Shown here piece by piece: positions 33,799-34,766 of a stretch of 34,766 bases of DNA (its first letter is position 1; every line of letters begins with the position of its first letter). The stretch comes from Squatina squatina. Its lineage: Eukaryota. The notes beneath the pieces were generated by a model. That model saw only the letters and a program-made list of their open reading frames with translations. It was not told the DNA's origin and made no database searches. Made by a program: the position numbers and the translations under genes. The stretch is taken from assembly GCA_031763465.1 (NCBI GenBank), contig JARFOE010000004.1, positions 173,569 through 208,334 on the forward strand. Reading direction: 5' to 3'.

Positions 33799-33851
33799 TG
33801 CAAGGCTTCATTGATCGCAGAGACTTTTGCTTCCAAATTAATGGCAAAGTC
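33799..33851 (-). CDS. Candidate exon of an unidentified minus-strand gene, truncated by gap
   Basis: Strong acceptor tattttttatttgttgcAG; phase-0 reading DFAINLEAKVSAINEAL looks coiled-coil-like. No donor is visible and I do not recognise the protein. Confidence 0.3.
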
Positions 33852-34019
33852 CTGCAACAAATAAAAAATAGTATTAAAATTATAGACTAGATGCAGAATC
33901 TCCTACTAACCAGCTTTGGGCTTCTCAATAAATCTGTCGTCACACTGGCAGAATAATTAATTGCCTCCTCTCAGGCATAAAAGACAGGCACACACTGACC
34001 ATCCGAGTCCTTCTGACAT

Positions 34020-34470
34020 AATAATCAAAAACAGGATAGACACAGACCTCCTCCAAGCCCAATTCCACCTGGCCCCAACTGAACTCCCTCCTCCCCAGCC
34101 CGTGTCAACCTCGCACACCACCCTGGCCTCAACCAAGCCACACAGCACCCCATCCACTATTTATCTTCTCTATCAAAATATTTTAAATACCTCAATTGGA
34201 TCACTTCTCAACTTTCAAAATTTCAGAGAATGCAACCCAAGTTTTGTAAGCTATTTTCACATCTTAACCCTTTAAGCCCCAGTACCATGATGGTGAATCT
34301 GCGCTGTACCACTTCCAAGGTCAATATATATTTTCTGAGGTGCAGTGCCCAGAACTGAATGCAGTTACTCCAGATACAGTCTGACCAAGGCTCTGGAGAA
34401 CTGAAGCACCACTCCTTCACTTTTGTATTCCAGCCCCTTGAGATAAAGGACAATATCTCAATAGCCACCA
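34020..34470 (-). mobile_element. CR1 LINE 3' remnant
   Basis: CIQFWALHLRKYILTLEVVQRRFTIMVLGLKGL. Confidence 0.8.
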
Positions 34471-34766
34471 GACCAGATTCATTAAATGACTGCAATCGAG
34501 ATAAAGCAACATGGGGAACGTGTTGGAAATCATTCTTCCACTGTAAAGGTCTCTTAACCTCCTCTGTCGCAGTTTCCCATTTCAACTGAGAATTCTCGTA
34601 TGGAGTTGGTCACATCAGAAGTTTCTTCAATCCTGACGTGCACAAGCTCTGCTCACTCACCCGTGCCTGATGGTGAAAAGTGCATCTCTCATTATAATCG
34701 TGAAACCGCTTCTCTTGCCGTGCTGCTTTACTGACCTGTGCAAAGGCACAAAAATTTCATACTTAA

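Overview
This is eukaryotic genomic DNA, very probably from a cartilaginous fish (shark-type CR1 LINE tails, SacSINE1/Deu-type SINEs, shark-type MITEs). It is a fragmentary scaffold of roughly 0.3-2 kb contigs joined by placeholder 100-N (and two 10-N) gaps, so genes appear only as isolated exons. Recognisable exons, in order: ZNF318 (-), ABCC10/MRP7 (+, 3 exons), TJAP1 (+, first coding exon, a 30-nt microexon, last exon), LRRC73 (-, 2 exons), and 11 exons of a DNAH8-like outer-arm dynein heavy chain (+). This matches the human 6p21 neighbourhood. The intervening DNA is CR1/L2 LINE, SINE, Harbinger/MITE debris and tandem repeats. The most interesting observations are: a ~1 kb unexplained ORF inside a TJAP1 intron; a UGC-flanked TJAP1 microexon; a phased 38-bp CCAAT-box array plus an RFX X-box at LRRC73; DNAH8 exons falling into two separate collinear series; and an in-frame stop plus a LINE junction in a ZNF318 exon. 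There are no prokaryotic systems, CRISPR arrays, rRNAs or intact tRNAs. Gene identities come from recalled similarity to human proteins, not from database searches.
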